From: Chloroflexia bacterium
GTDB taxonomy: Bacteria; Chloroflexota; Chloroflexia; QHBQ01; JADMIH01
Assembly (NCBI GenBank): GCA_038254085.1
Contig: JBBSGN010000001.1
Span: forward strand, 1-26,963
Length of the DNA: 26,963 nt
Reading direction: 5' to 3'
The translations under genes were made by a program, and so were the position numbers. Positions 16,800 to 24,395 of this stretch are shown here, one piece after another; the first letter of the stretch is position 1, and each line of letters starts with the position of its first letter. The notes below the pieces were generated by a model, which worked only from the letters and a program-made list of their open reading frames with translations, made no database searches and was not told the origin of the DNA.

Positions 16800-19094
16800 T
16801 TACCCCCTCAATATCCTCAACGCCTCGTCCACTATTGTATCCGGGTTGGGCATCATGGCCTTTTCGCCCAATGGGCCGTAGGAGACGCGGGTAAACTTGG
16901 GGTGGACGCGGCCAATGGGACCATGTAGCTCGTCCCACCAGTTAGACGCGATCTCGGAGGCCACCGACGACCCGAAGCCGCCTATGGCACGGTCCTCGTC
17001 CGCCATAAGCACGTGGCCGGTCTTTCTCAGCGATTGCAGCACTGTAGCGCGGTCATAACCGGCGTCCACCGTGCGGAGGTCTATCACCTCGGCGCTGATG
17101 CCATATTCGGAGGCCAGCTTGTCAGCAGCGGCCATCGAGCGCGGCCATAGGTTGCCGTAGGTCACGATGGTCAGGTCGGTGCCCTCGCGTGCCACGCGCG
17201 CGGCGCCCAACGGCACACGATAGTCGGGGCCTGGATAGAGCGAGCGCGACGGCTTGGCTTCATACAGCGACTTGGGCTCAAGGAACACCACCGGATCGCC
17301 CGATATGATCGCCTCGCGCAAGAGACCGACTGCGTCCGAGCCGAGCGAAGGCACCACCACGCGCAGGCCGGGGTAGTGAGCGATAGGCCCCACGCCCGCT
17401 TCACTGTGCCAGATTGCCCCCGCGCCACCCAGATAGTCGCCGTAGGCCACCCGAATCACCATTGGGCACGAGAAGACGCCGTTGGAGCGCCAGCGCATGG
17501 TGGCTATCTCGTCCACTAACTGCTGCCAGCCGGGGTGGATATAATCGCGGAACTGCACCTCCACCACAGGCAGGAAACCAGCCAGCGAATAGCCCATCGC
17601 CGTGCCCAGGATGGTCGCCTCGGCGAGCGCCGAGTTCCACACGCGCTCAGGGAAGGCCGTGCCCACGCCCCTCGTCACGTGGAACACCCCGCCCTTGCCC
17701 TTTAACTTGCCCGTTGGGTCTGGCATCGGGAAGTCCGCTACGTCCTGTCCGAAGACGATAATGCGATCGTCGTTCTTCATTTCTTCGAGGAGAGCGCGGG
17801 TAATCAGGTCGCGCATCGGTATCGGCTCGGTGCTGGTGTCCTCTTCAAGGGTGTTGGCTTCGCGCTCGCGGAACGAACTGACCCGCAGGTTGTAAGGAGT
17901 GGCGGTGATGTCATTCAGGATAGTCTCAGGAGCCAGCTTAGGCTCGCTGACCGCCTGCTCGGAGGCTTTACGTACCTCGCCGGTAATGAGACGGTCAAGG
18001 GCCTGTATCTTGTCGGCAGGTATGTCGTAGCTCTCGAACAGACTCGCCATGCGAGTGAGCGGGTCGCGCTGCTGTTCGGCTGCCAGGTCTTCCGCGCTGC
18101 GATAATATGCCTGCGTATCTGCCGACGAATGGCTGAGGGGGCGCGTGACGTGAGCGTGGATCAGCACCGGACCTTTGCGGCTTCGGCAATGCTCGACTGC
18201 CTTGCGCGCCACTTTGTATGACTCGATAAAATCGGTGCCGTCAAGCTCTATCACTTCCAGGTGATTATTCGGGCCGATGTTCGAGTAGCGGCTATACAGG
18301 CGAGAGGCGCTGCCCCCAGGAATGTTCACGCTCACCGGCGTAGAGATAGCCCATTCGTCGTCCTCGACCACGAAGATGATGGGCGACATGCGGCGCACAG
18401 CCTCGCGCACCGCTTCCTCGACCTCGCCTTCTGCGGTCGTGCCGTCGCCCACCGAGGTATAGACGATGCCGTCGTTGTAACCAAGTTGGGCGCTGTAGCT
18501 GAACGCCTTGCCCAACTCGTGCTCCAGCTTCAGGCCAGAGGCGTAACCAACCGCAGGCAAGCATTGCGAGCCGGTCATGGTCGAGCCTGTGGGAAAGTTG
18601 AACTCGACGGAGCCGAAGTGGCTGGACATCTGCCGACCGCCCGACGCTGGGTCGAGTCTGGACGCGACGCTCTGGCGCATTATGTCAAGCAACGGGATGC
18701 CGCACCAGAGGGCCATTGCCTGGTCGCGGTAATAGGGCAGCTTGGCATCGTCGGGGCGCAGATGCATGCTGATAGCCACGTTGATCACCTCTTTGCCCGC
18801 CCCCGCGATTGAGAACCACAAATTGCCGGTGCGTTGCAATAGGCCCATCATCAGGTCTATCTCACGAGAGGTCCGCATGGCCGCATATGCGCCAAGCAAG
18901 TCGCGCACGCTCAGACCCGCAAGCTCGGTACGGGGCATATCTCGTCCCTGGGTGCCGTCGGGTCCCAATACCTGGTCAACCAGTCCATAGAAGCAGGCGC
19001 GATGTTGCTCAAGCAACTCTTCCGCTGAACGGCGTCTGGTCGCAGGCGAGGTCCGCTTCGTGCGGGTGTCACTCTTGGTCTTATAACTAATCAC
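16800..19094 (-). CDS. Fused 2-oxoacid dehydrogenase E1 alpha/beta (ThDP-dependent, BCKDH/PDH-like), 764 aa
   Basis: YYRD, GDG...AIS ThDP motif and SHSSAD loop, then the beta half with VFGQDV, ALAE, QFxDY, FLEPKSLY and EVIDLRT. RBS GGAGG precedes GTG. Substrate cannot be assigned. Confidence 0.9.
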   Translation of the reverse strand: MISYKTKSDTRTKRTSPATRRRSAEELLEQHRACFYGLVDQVLGPDGTQGRDMPRTELAGLSVRDLLGAYAAMRTSREIDLMMGLLQRTGNLWFSIAGAGKEVINVAISMHLRPDDAKLPYYRDQAMALWCGIPLLDIMRQSVASRLDPASGGRQMSSHFGSVEFNFPTGSTMTGSQCLPAVGYASGLKLEHELGKAFSYSAQLGYNDGIVYTSVGDGTTAEGEVEEAVREAVRRMSPIIFVVEDDEWAISTPVSVNIPGGSASRLYSRYSNIGPNNHLEVIELDGTDFIESYKVARKAVEHCRSRKGPVLIHAHVTRPLSHSSADTQAYYRSAEDLAAEQQRDPLTRMASLFESYDIPADKIQALDRLITGEVRKASEQAVSEPKLAPETILNDITATPYNLRVSSFREREANTLEEDTSTEPIPMRDLITRALLEEMKNDDRIIVFGQDVADFPMPDPTGKLKGKGGVFHVTRGVGTAFPERVWNSALAEATILGTAMGYSLAGFLPVVEVQFRDYIHPGWQQLVDEIATMRWRSNGVFSCPMVIRVAYGDYLGGAGAIWHSEAGVGPIAHYPGLRVVVPSLGSDAVGLLREAIISGDPVVFLEPKSLYEAKPSRSLYPGPDYRVPLGAARVAREGTDLTIVTYGNLWPRSMAAADKLASEYGISAEVIDLRTVDAGYDRATVLQSLRKTGHVLMADEDRAIGGFGSSVASEIASNWWDELHGPIGRVHPKFTRVSYGPLGEKAMMPNPDTIVDEALRILRG

Positions 19095-19205
19095 GAGATT
19101 GCCTCCACAGGGTGGGAACCTCGTGCTGTGCGGGGGAGTTTAGAGAAAATGACAACTACTCCACGCCCGCACCAGCATCAGGATTCCCCAATGCTTACGT
19201 GCCGG

Positions 19206-19223
19206 TTGTGACATCGTTGTCAA
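19206..19223. promoter_or_regulatory. Rex-like operator candidate TTGTGAC-ATCG-TTGTCAA
   Basis: 11/14 match to recalled Rex consensus TTGTGAA-N4-TTCACAA and contains the palindrome TGACA-N4-TGTCA. It sits at the predicted +1 of the E1 promoter. Confidence 0.4.
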
Positions 19224-19229
19224 CGCCTA

Positions 19230-19260
19230 ATTATAACCCATAAGAGGGGGTGCGCGTCAA
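19230..19260 (-). promoter_or_regulatory. Promoter of the E1 gene: TTGACG-N19-TATAAT
   Basis: Perfect TATAAT at 19235-19230 and TTGACG at 19260-19255. The spacer is unusually long (19 bp). Confidence 0.6.
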
Positions 19261-19271
19261 GAGCCTCCAGT

Positions 19272-20336
19272 TTACGCGGCAGGCTCAATCTCGGCCTCGA
19301 TGCTGTCGTAACGCTTCACCTTGTAAATCAGCGTTGATCCTGCCCAACTGACCACGAAGATGCCGATGATGAGGTAGCCTATCGTCTCGAAATTGAGATC
19401 GCCTACCCAACCCCAAACACCGCCCCGCAGGTTGAACTTGTCGGCGATTATGCTCATAAACTCCATTGTACCGACCACGAGCGCAATCAGCACCGACACC
19501 AGCGTGATGTTGAGATTGTAGTAGAGTTTGCGCACCGGCTTGACGAAGGCCCAACCGTATGCCCCAAGCATCATTATCGAGTCCGTGGTGTCCACCAGGC
19601 TCATGCCCGCCGCGAACAGTAGCGGGAAGAGCATCACGTAATAGACAGGCATACCCCCGCTGGTGCCCGCAGCCGCCGAAATACCCAGGATCGCCACCTC
19701 GCTGGCCGTGTCGAAACCAAGGCCAAACAGAAAGCCGAGCGGGTACATCTTCCAGCTTTTGTCAATGGCCCGCACCAGAGGCCCGAAGAAGCGGTTCATC
19801 ATGCCGCGCTGTGCCAGGAATTGCTCTAGCGTCTCCTCGCTGTAAGTGCCGCCCCTGGTCACGCGCCGGAACATACGAAACACATCAATCAGCACAAGCA
19901 GGTTGATAAAACCGATCAGGTACAGGAACATGGCCGAGACGAATGTGCCTACCAGCCCACCCAAATCTTTCCATTGAGGCAGGTTGGTCTGCACGACAGC
20001 CGCCGCAAAAGCCACCCCTACACTGAGCAGCACCACCACCGAGGAATGCCCAAGCGAGAAGAACAAGCCCACAGCCACCGGGCGCTTGCCCTCCTGCATC
20101 AGCTTGCGGGTTACGTTGTCTACAGCCGCGATGTGGTCGGCGTCCACGCCGTGACGCAGGCCCAGGGTAAAGGCTGTAAAGCCGGTCGCCAGCACGACGG
20201 CGTACTGGGTTGACGCCAGGAAGGTCAGCCCCCAGAGGCTCACGTTGAAAACCGCCAACGCGACGTACATGGCGACAATTTTGTTCTTGACTTCCTGGGA
20301 TTGGTCGTTCAAGACACGCGATAATATACTACGCAC
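19272..20336 (-). CDS. hoxN: HoxN/HupN/NixA (NiCoT) nickel/cobalt permease, about 354 aa
   Basis: GLRHGVDADHIAAVDN signature, FSLGHSSVV, GFLFGLGFDTASEV and GMSLVDTTD. GTG 20336 with RBS AAGGAG. Confidence 0.93.
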   Translation of the reverse strand: MRSILSRVLNDQSQEVKNKIVAMYVALAVFNVSLWGLTFLASTQYAVVLATGFTAFTLGLRHGVDADHIAAVDNVTRKLMQEGKRPVAVGLFFSLGHSSVVVLLSVGVAFAAAVVQTNLPQWKDLGGLVGTFVSAMFLYLIGFINLLVLIDVFRMFRRVTRGGTYSEETLEQFLAQRGMMNRFFGPLVRAIDKSWKMYPLGFLFGLGFDTASEVAILGISAAAGTSGGMPVYYVMLFPLLFAAGMSLVDTTDSIMMLGAYGWAFVKPVRKLYYNLNITLVSVLIALVVGTMEFMSIIADKFNLRGGVWGWVGDLNFETIGYLIIGIFVVSWAGSTLIYKVKRYDSIEAEIEPAA

Positions 20337-20422
20337 CGAGCTCTTCTCCTTGTTTGAGGCGGCTAAGGTCACAGTCGAGCGCCGCCGGGTGACAAGATTG
20401 CCAAGAGTGCTGGTTCGCAACC

Positions 20423-20451
20423 AGTATACCTTATTTTGCAACTAGTTGCAA
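20423..20451 (-). promoter_or_regulatory. NiCoT promoter TTGCAA-N17-TATACT
   Basis: Minus-strand -35 at 20451-20446, -10 at 20428-20423. Confidence 0.65.
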
Positions 20452-20453
20452 AA
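20434..20453. promoter_or_regulatory. Perfect 20-bp palindromic operator TTTTGCAACTAGTTGCAAAA
   Basis: Exact 10+10 inverted repeat overlapping the NiCoT -35, between the permease and the metalloregulator. Confidence 0.8.
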
Positions 20454-20483
20454 CATAATACGTATTGGGTAACAACTTGGATT

Positions 20484-20512
20484 TTGACACCACTCACAGT
20501 CACGGCTATACT
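20484..20512 (+). promoter_or_regulatory. Promoter of the regulator-dihydroorotase unit: TTGACA-N17-TATACT
   Basis: Near-consensus hexamers at 20484-20489 and 20507-20512. Confidence 0.75.
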
Positions 20513-20551
20513 TCTCTTATAGAGAAAGCGGATCAAACATGGGGGAATCAC

Positions 20552-21274
20552 ATGTCTACGACCACTGATGTTACGCGGGAATACCTCGAGACGATCTACA
20601 ATCTCGCTGTAGAAGGAGACCCCATCGTGGGGGCGCGGTTGGCCGAGAAGTTCGGGGTTTCCCAGCCGAACGTCGCACAGGTCCTGGGACGGATGCAGAA
20701 GAACGGCCTCATAATTATGCCTGGTCGCGGTCGCGGCCGGGCAGGCGAGGGAATAGAGCTGACACCTGCTGGGCGGTCAGAGGCCGAAACCTTGCTGCGC
20801 CAGCATCGCCTGGCCGAGCGGTTTTTGGCCGACGTGCTGGGGATGGATTGGGTGCAGGCGCACGAAGAGGCCCACCACATGGAGCTTGGCATATCGCCGG
20901 CAATCGAGGAGCAGCTGATGCGTCTGCTCGGTCACCCGCGCACTTGCCCTCACGGCAATCCCATCCCAACCGCCACCGTAAACACCGTCAATTATCTGCG
21001 AGAACAGCAGGCAGTACGCCTCAACTCGGCAGAGCTTAATATGCCCATGAAGGTCGTGCTGATCTCGGAGGTGGTTGAAGACGAATCAGCGTTGCTTACC
21101 TACCTCGGCCAGGTGGACATTATGCCCGGCGCGTTGCTTACCGTGCTTGCCCGTGACCCTGTGGACGCCTCGCTTGATGTACGAGTCGTCCCTCGCGGAG
21201 ATAAGGCGACTAACGAACATACTGTCTCTTTGACCAATGACCTGGCCGCCAAGGTCTGGGTGAAAGGCGAATGA
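20552..21274 (+). CDS. DtxR/MntR/IdeR-family metal-dependent transcriptional regulator with C-terminal FeoA/SH3-like domain, 240 aa
   Basis: EYLETIY, winged HTH, HRLAERFL, AHEEA..E and CPHGNPIP. ATG 20552 lies downstream of the promoter with a GGGGGA RBS. Confidence 0.92.
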   Translation: MSTTTDVTREYLETIYNLAVEGDPIVGARLAEKFGVSQPNVAQVLGRMQKNGLIIMPGRGRGRAGEGIELTPAGRSEAETLLRQHRLAERFLADVLGMDWVQAHEEAHHMELGISPAIEEQLMRLLGHPRTCPHGNPIPTATVNTVNYLREQQAVRLNSAELNMPMKVVLISEVVEDESALLTYLGQVDIMPGALLTVLARDPVDASLDVRVVPRGDKATNEHTVSLTNDLAAKVWVKGE

Positions 21275-22350
21275 CGCTTATCCGGCTGCCCGGCCTGATT
21301 GATCCTCACGTCCATTTGCGTGATCCGGGGGCGACCCACAAAGAAGACTTCACAACAGGCACTAAGGCTGCTCTGGCGGGCGGCTTTACGGCTGTCCTCG
21401 ATATGCCGAACAACCTGGGCGACCCGACTGTTTCTCCCGACGCGCTGGCCCGCAAGGCTGATGTGGCGCGAGGAAGGTTGTTGTGCGACGTGGGCTTCTT
21501 CTACGGCGCAACCCCCTCGAACATCTCCACGTTCACACAAGTTGCCGCTAAAGTGTTTGGCCTAAAGCTCTATTTGGACCACACAACAGGCGACCTCAAG
21601 ATCGAGGACCTGGAAACTATACGCGAGATAATGCTAGCGTGGCCGCAAGAAAAGCCGATTTGCGTTCACGCCGAGGACCGCACAGTGGCTGTGGTACTGG
21701 GTCTGTTGCCATCAGTAGGCAGGCAAGTGCATTTTTGCCACGTTAGCGAGAAGGTGGAGATCGAACTGATACGCAATGCCAAAGAGCGCGGCCTACCCGT
21801 TACGTGCGAGGTCGCTCCCCACCACTTATTTTTGACCGAGGGAGACGTGCCCAGGTTGGCCGGCTTCGGCGTTATGAAGCCGCCCCTGCGACGCCGAGCA
21901 GACGTGGACGCGCTGTGGGCCAATCTTGACGCGATAGACATGATCGCCACAGACCACGCGCCGCACACCCTCGATGAGAAGACGGGAGACAATCCGCCTT
22001 TCGGTGTGCCCGGTCTCGAAACCGCACTCCCCTTGATGCTCACCGCTGTTCACGAGGGAAGGTTGAGCCTGGACCGGCTGGTGGAGATGATGTACATTGC
22101 GCCGGCTCGCCTGTTTGGTCTGCCCACGCAGCCCGACACGTACATCGAGGTGGACAACGCTCGGCGCTGGCAGATCGAGGCCGCCAAGCTGCGCACCCGT
22201 AGCGCCTGGACGCCCTTCGACGGTATGTCTGTAGTGGGGGCCGTATTGTCGGTGGTCTTGCGAGGTCGTGAAGCCATCCGCAACGGCGAGGTCCTTGCCG
22301 AGCCTGGCTGGGGAGGCGTTATCGAACCGGAGGCAGTGGATACTGAATAG
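21271..22350 (+). CDS. pyrC: Dihydroorotase, stand-alone CAD-DHO-like type, 359 aa
   Basis: PGLIDPHVHLRDPG, DMPN, GLKLYL (carboxylated Lys), HAE, HFCHVS, TCEVAPHHLFL, KPPLR, ATDHAPH and PGLET. ATGA overlap with the regulator. Confidence 0.88.
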   Translation: MTLIRLPGLIDPHVHLRDPGATHKEDFTTGTKAALAGGFTAVLDMPNNLGDPTVSPDALARKADVARGRLLCDVGFFYGATPSNISTFTQVAAKVFGLKLYLDHTTGDLKIEDLETIREIMLAWPQEKPICVHAEDRTVAVVLGLLPSVGRQVHFCHVSEKVEIELIRNAKERGLPVTCEVAPHHLFLTEGDVPRLAGFGVMKPPLRRRADVDALWANLDAIDMIATDHAPHTLDEKTGDNPPFGVPGLETALPLMLTAVHEGRLSLDRLVEMMYIAPARLFGLPTQPDTYIEVDNARRWQIEAAKLRTRSAWTPFDGMSVVGAVLSVVLRGREAIRNGEVLAEPGWGGVIEPEAVDTE

Positions 22351-22359
22351 CTATCAGCC

Positions 22360-22393
22360 GTAGTCGGTAGTCGCTCGTCTTTCGTCTTTCGTC
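22360..22393. repeat. Short heptamer tandems (GTAGTCG x2; TCGTCTT x2 plus a partial unit) between convergent pyrC and cytochrome b
   Basis: Direct reading: gtagtcggtagtcg...tcgtctttcgtctttcgtc. Confidence 0.7.
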
Positions 22394-22399
22394 GCCCAA

Positions 22400-23797
22400 C
22401 TACCGCCCCTTCCGCGTCTGTAGAAACGCCACCAGCGCGTCAAGCTCGCCGGGGTTGAGGATGCTGCCGTAAGCGGGCATGTTGTTGCCGCCATTCAGAA
22501 TGCGCGTGACCATCTGCTCGGACGACAGGCGGCTGCCTACGGCTGTGAGGTCGGGGCCGCGCTGGCCGCCGTTGCCGCCCAGGGCGTGGCAGGCGATACA
22601 TCCCTTCGACTGGAATAGCTGCGCTCCCTGGTACACCGGGCCGCTGGTTGCCCCGACTTCCTCGGAGGTCAGCGCCTTAGGGTTGAAGTTGGGCGACCAC
22701 TTCGCCTGCTCGCCCGCGATCCAGAGCGTGCCTATCATCACGACGGCGGTCAGCACGACGGCGAAGGCCCAGGGTCGGCGATACGGGCTGCGCTCGCCCT
22801 TGTTCGCCACGAACGGCAGCACGAACAGCAAAAAGCCGAAGATGAGCGGGCCGCCCACTATCACGAAAGTCTCGGCCTCCGACGGGATGAGCGCCAGCAC
22901 GGCGAAATACCAGAGGAAGTAGAAGTCGGGGCGCGGATAAGCCTGTAGTATCGTGGGGTCGGGCGGCTTGTCAAGCGCGGGTGGGCCGAAGATAATCGCC
23001 AGCCCGGCTATCGCCACGACCACGCCCACCGCGAACACCACGTCGCGCCAGGCCGCGTCCGGCCAGAACGGCACGCCCCGCTTCTCCAGCATCTTGTGAT
23101 ACCACTCGCGGTAGGTCTTGGGGTCAACCACCTGCCCCATCTTGGGCGGCTCCGATATGCCGTTACGCAGCACCAGGAAGAGATGGATACCCAGAAAGAG
23201 GAAAATCATTGCGGGCACGAAGAAGACATGGAAGGCGAAGAAGCGGCTCAGTGTCGCCCCGCCCACAGTGTCGCCCGCCAGGATGAAGTGGGCAGTCGCA
23301 TCTCCCATCAGAGGCACGCGGCCTGCTTGCTCCGCCGCCACCACCACCGACCACACCGCGTTCTGGTCCCAGCGCAGCAACTGCCCCGTAAAGGCCATAA
23401 GCAGCGTGAACAGCAGCAGCACAGACCCCGTGAGCCAATTCACCTCACGTGGGAACTTGTATGCGCCCATCAAGAAGGTCCGCGCCATGTGGATCCCAAT
23501 CAGCACCACCATCGCCGACGCGCCCCACGAGTGCATACCACGCAGCAGATTGCCCAGGAAAGCGTCATGTGTAATAAACTGTAGGCTGTTATAAGCGTCC
23601 GCAGTGGAGGTCACATAGGCCGTCGAGAGCGCGATGCCGGTCAGCACCTGCACGATAAAAGCGGTCAGGGTGGCCGTCCCGAAGACATACCACCAGCCCG
23701 TATTCGGCGGCACCGGATGCTCGGCAATCGGCTTCACAAACGCCGACGCCCCCGTGCGGTCGTCAATCCAATGCCATATCCCCGAGAAAATCTTCAT
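22400..23797 (-). CDS. qcrB: Cytochrome b (b6 + subunit IV-like) fused to a C-terminal monoheme cytochrome c; Rieske/cytb complex
   Basis: Four heme-b His (RGMHSWG, IHMAR, FHVFF, GIHL), FTGQLLRWDQ, Qo motif PDFY and C-terminal CIACH...GPDL...NMP. RBS GGAGG. Confidence 0.92.
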   Translation of the reverse strand: MKIFSGIWHWIDDRTGASAFVKPIAEHPVPPNTGWWYVFGTATLTAFIVQVLTGIALSTAYVTSTADAYNSLQFITHDAFLGNLLRGMHSWGASAMVVLIGIHMARTFLMGAYKFPREVNWLTGSVLLLFTLLMAFTGQLLRWDQNAVWSVVVAAEQAGRVPLMGDATAHFILAGDTVGGATLSRFFAFHVFFVPAMIFLFLGIHLFLVLRNGISEPPKMGQVVDPKTYREWYHKMLEKRGVPFWPDAAWRDVVFAVGVVVAIAGLAIIFGPPALDKPPDPTILQAYPRPDFYFLWYFAVLALIPSEAETFVIVGGPLIFGFLLFVLPFVANKGERSPYRRPWAFAVVLTAVVMIGTLWIAGEQAKWSPNFNPKALTSEEVGATSGPVYQGAQLFQSKGCIACHALGGNGGQRGPDLTAVGSRLSSEQMVTRILNGGNNMPAYGSILNPGELDALVAFLQTRKGR

Positions 23798-23819
23798 AAG
23801 CCCTCCGGGCTAGGAGCCA

Positions 23820-23840
23820 GTAGTCGGTAGTCGGTAGTCG
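23820..23840. repeat. GTAGTCG x3 heptamer tandem between the Rieske and cytochrome b genes
   Basis: Three exact units at 23820, 23827 and 23834. Confidence 0.8.
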
Positions 23841-23858
23841 GTTCCTCGTCACTCGCCA

Positions 23859-24395
23859 CTACGCAATTGGTATACCTGTCGCCTTGATCTCCACCTGGCC
23901 GTTGCGGAGGCGCACGGGGTACTCGACCAGAGGCTTAGGTGGCGGGCCTGCGGCTACGGTGCCGTCCTTGTAGTAGACCCCGCCGTGACAGGGACACATG
24001 AAGAGATCGGCGTTTTGCAGCCAGCTTACCGGGCAGCCCAGGTGGGTGCAGTTTACCGAGAAGGCCACGAACTTCTGCTCTGTGTCACGCCTCAGCCACG
24101 CTGCTGTCTGCGCGGCCACGCCTGCCCAGGGGAGCGGCGAGGCGTCCAGAAACGTCACCTCGACTGTCGTGCCGACCTTGAACTTGTCCACTGCACCCAC
24201 CACACGCCACACATCGGGCACTTTCTGCAGCAGAGGCGCGACCAGGAACCCCACGACAGGGACGCCGATTATCGCTCCGGCTAACGCGCTCAACGCCAGA
24301 CTCATCTTGCTTAGGAACGCCCGGCGTGTGATCGTTGCTTGCTTGTCGCTGCCGCTATCTTCGTTGTCGCCGTTGTCACTCACTGCCGTCTTCAT
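23859..24395 (-). CDS. qcrA: Rieske 2Fe-2S subunit of a (mena)quinol:cytochrome c reductase, Tat-exported
   Basis: TRRAFL Tat motif plus TM helix, CTHLGC and CPCHG boxes. ATG 24395 with GGAG RBS. Confidence 0.92.
   Translation of the reverse strand: MKTAVSDNGDNEDSGSDKQATITRRAFLSKMSLALSALAGAIIGVPVVGFLVAPLLQKVPDVWRVVGAVDKFKVGTTVEVTFLDASPLPWAGVAAQTAAWLRRDTEQKFVAFSVNCTHLGCPVSWLQNADLFMCPCHGGVYYKDGTVAAGPPPKPLVEYPVRLRNGQVEIKATGIPIA

Noticed and set aside
19236-19254. MerR-type operator within the 19-bp spacer
   Set aside because: Only a 4-bp ACCC/GGGT dyad and no MerR gene in the window, which is insufficient support.
20337-20420. Cobalamin or NiCo riboswitch in the NiCoT leader
   Set aside because: The leader is only about 80 nt with no B12-box or four-way-junction signature visible. 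Only a 6-bp GGCGGC/GCCGCC stem (20358-20386) is present. An Rfam scan would be decisive.
20337-20551. ORF-track N-terminal extensions of NiCoT (20441) and the regulator (20465)
   Set aside because: They run through the predicted promoters and operator; downstream starts have RBS.
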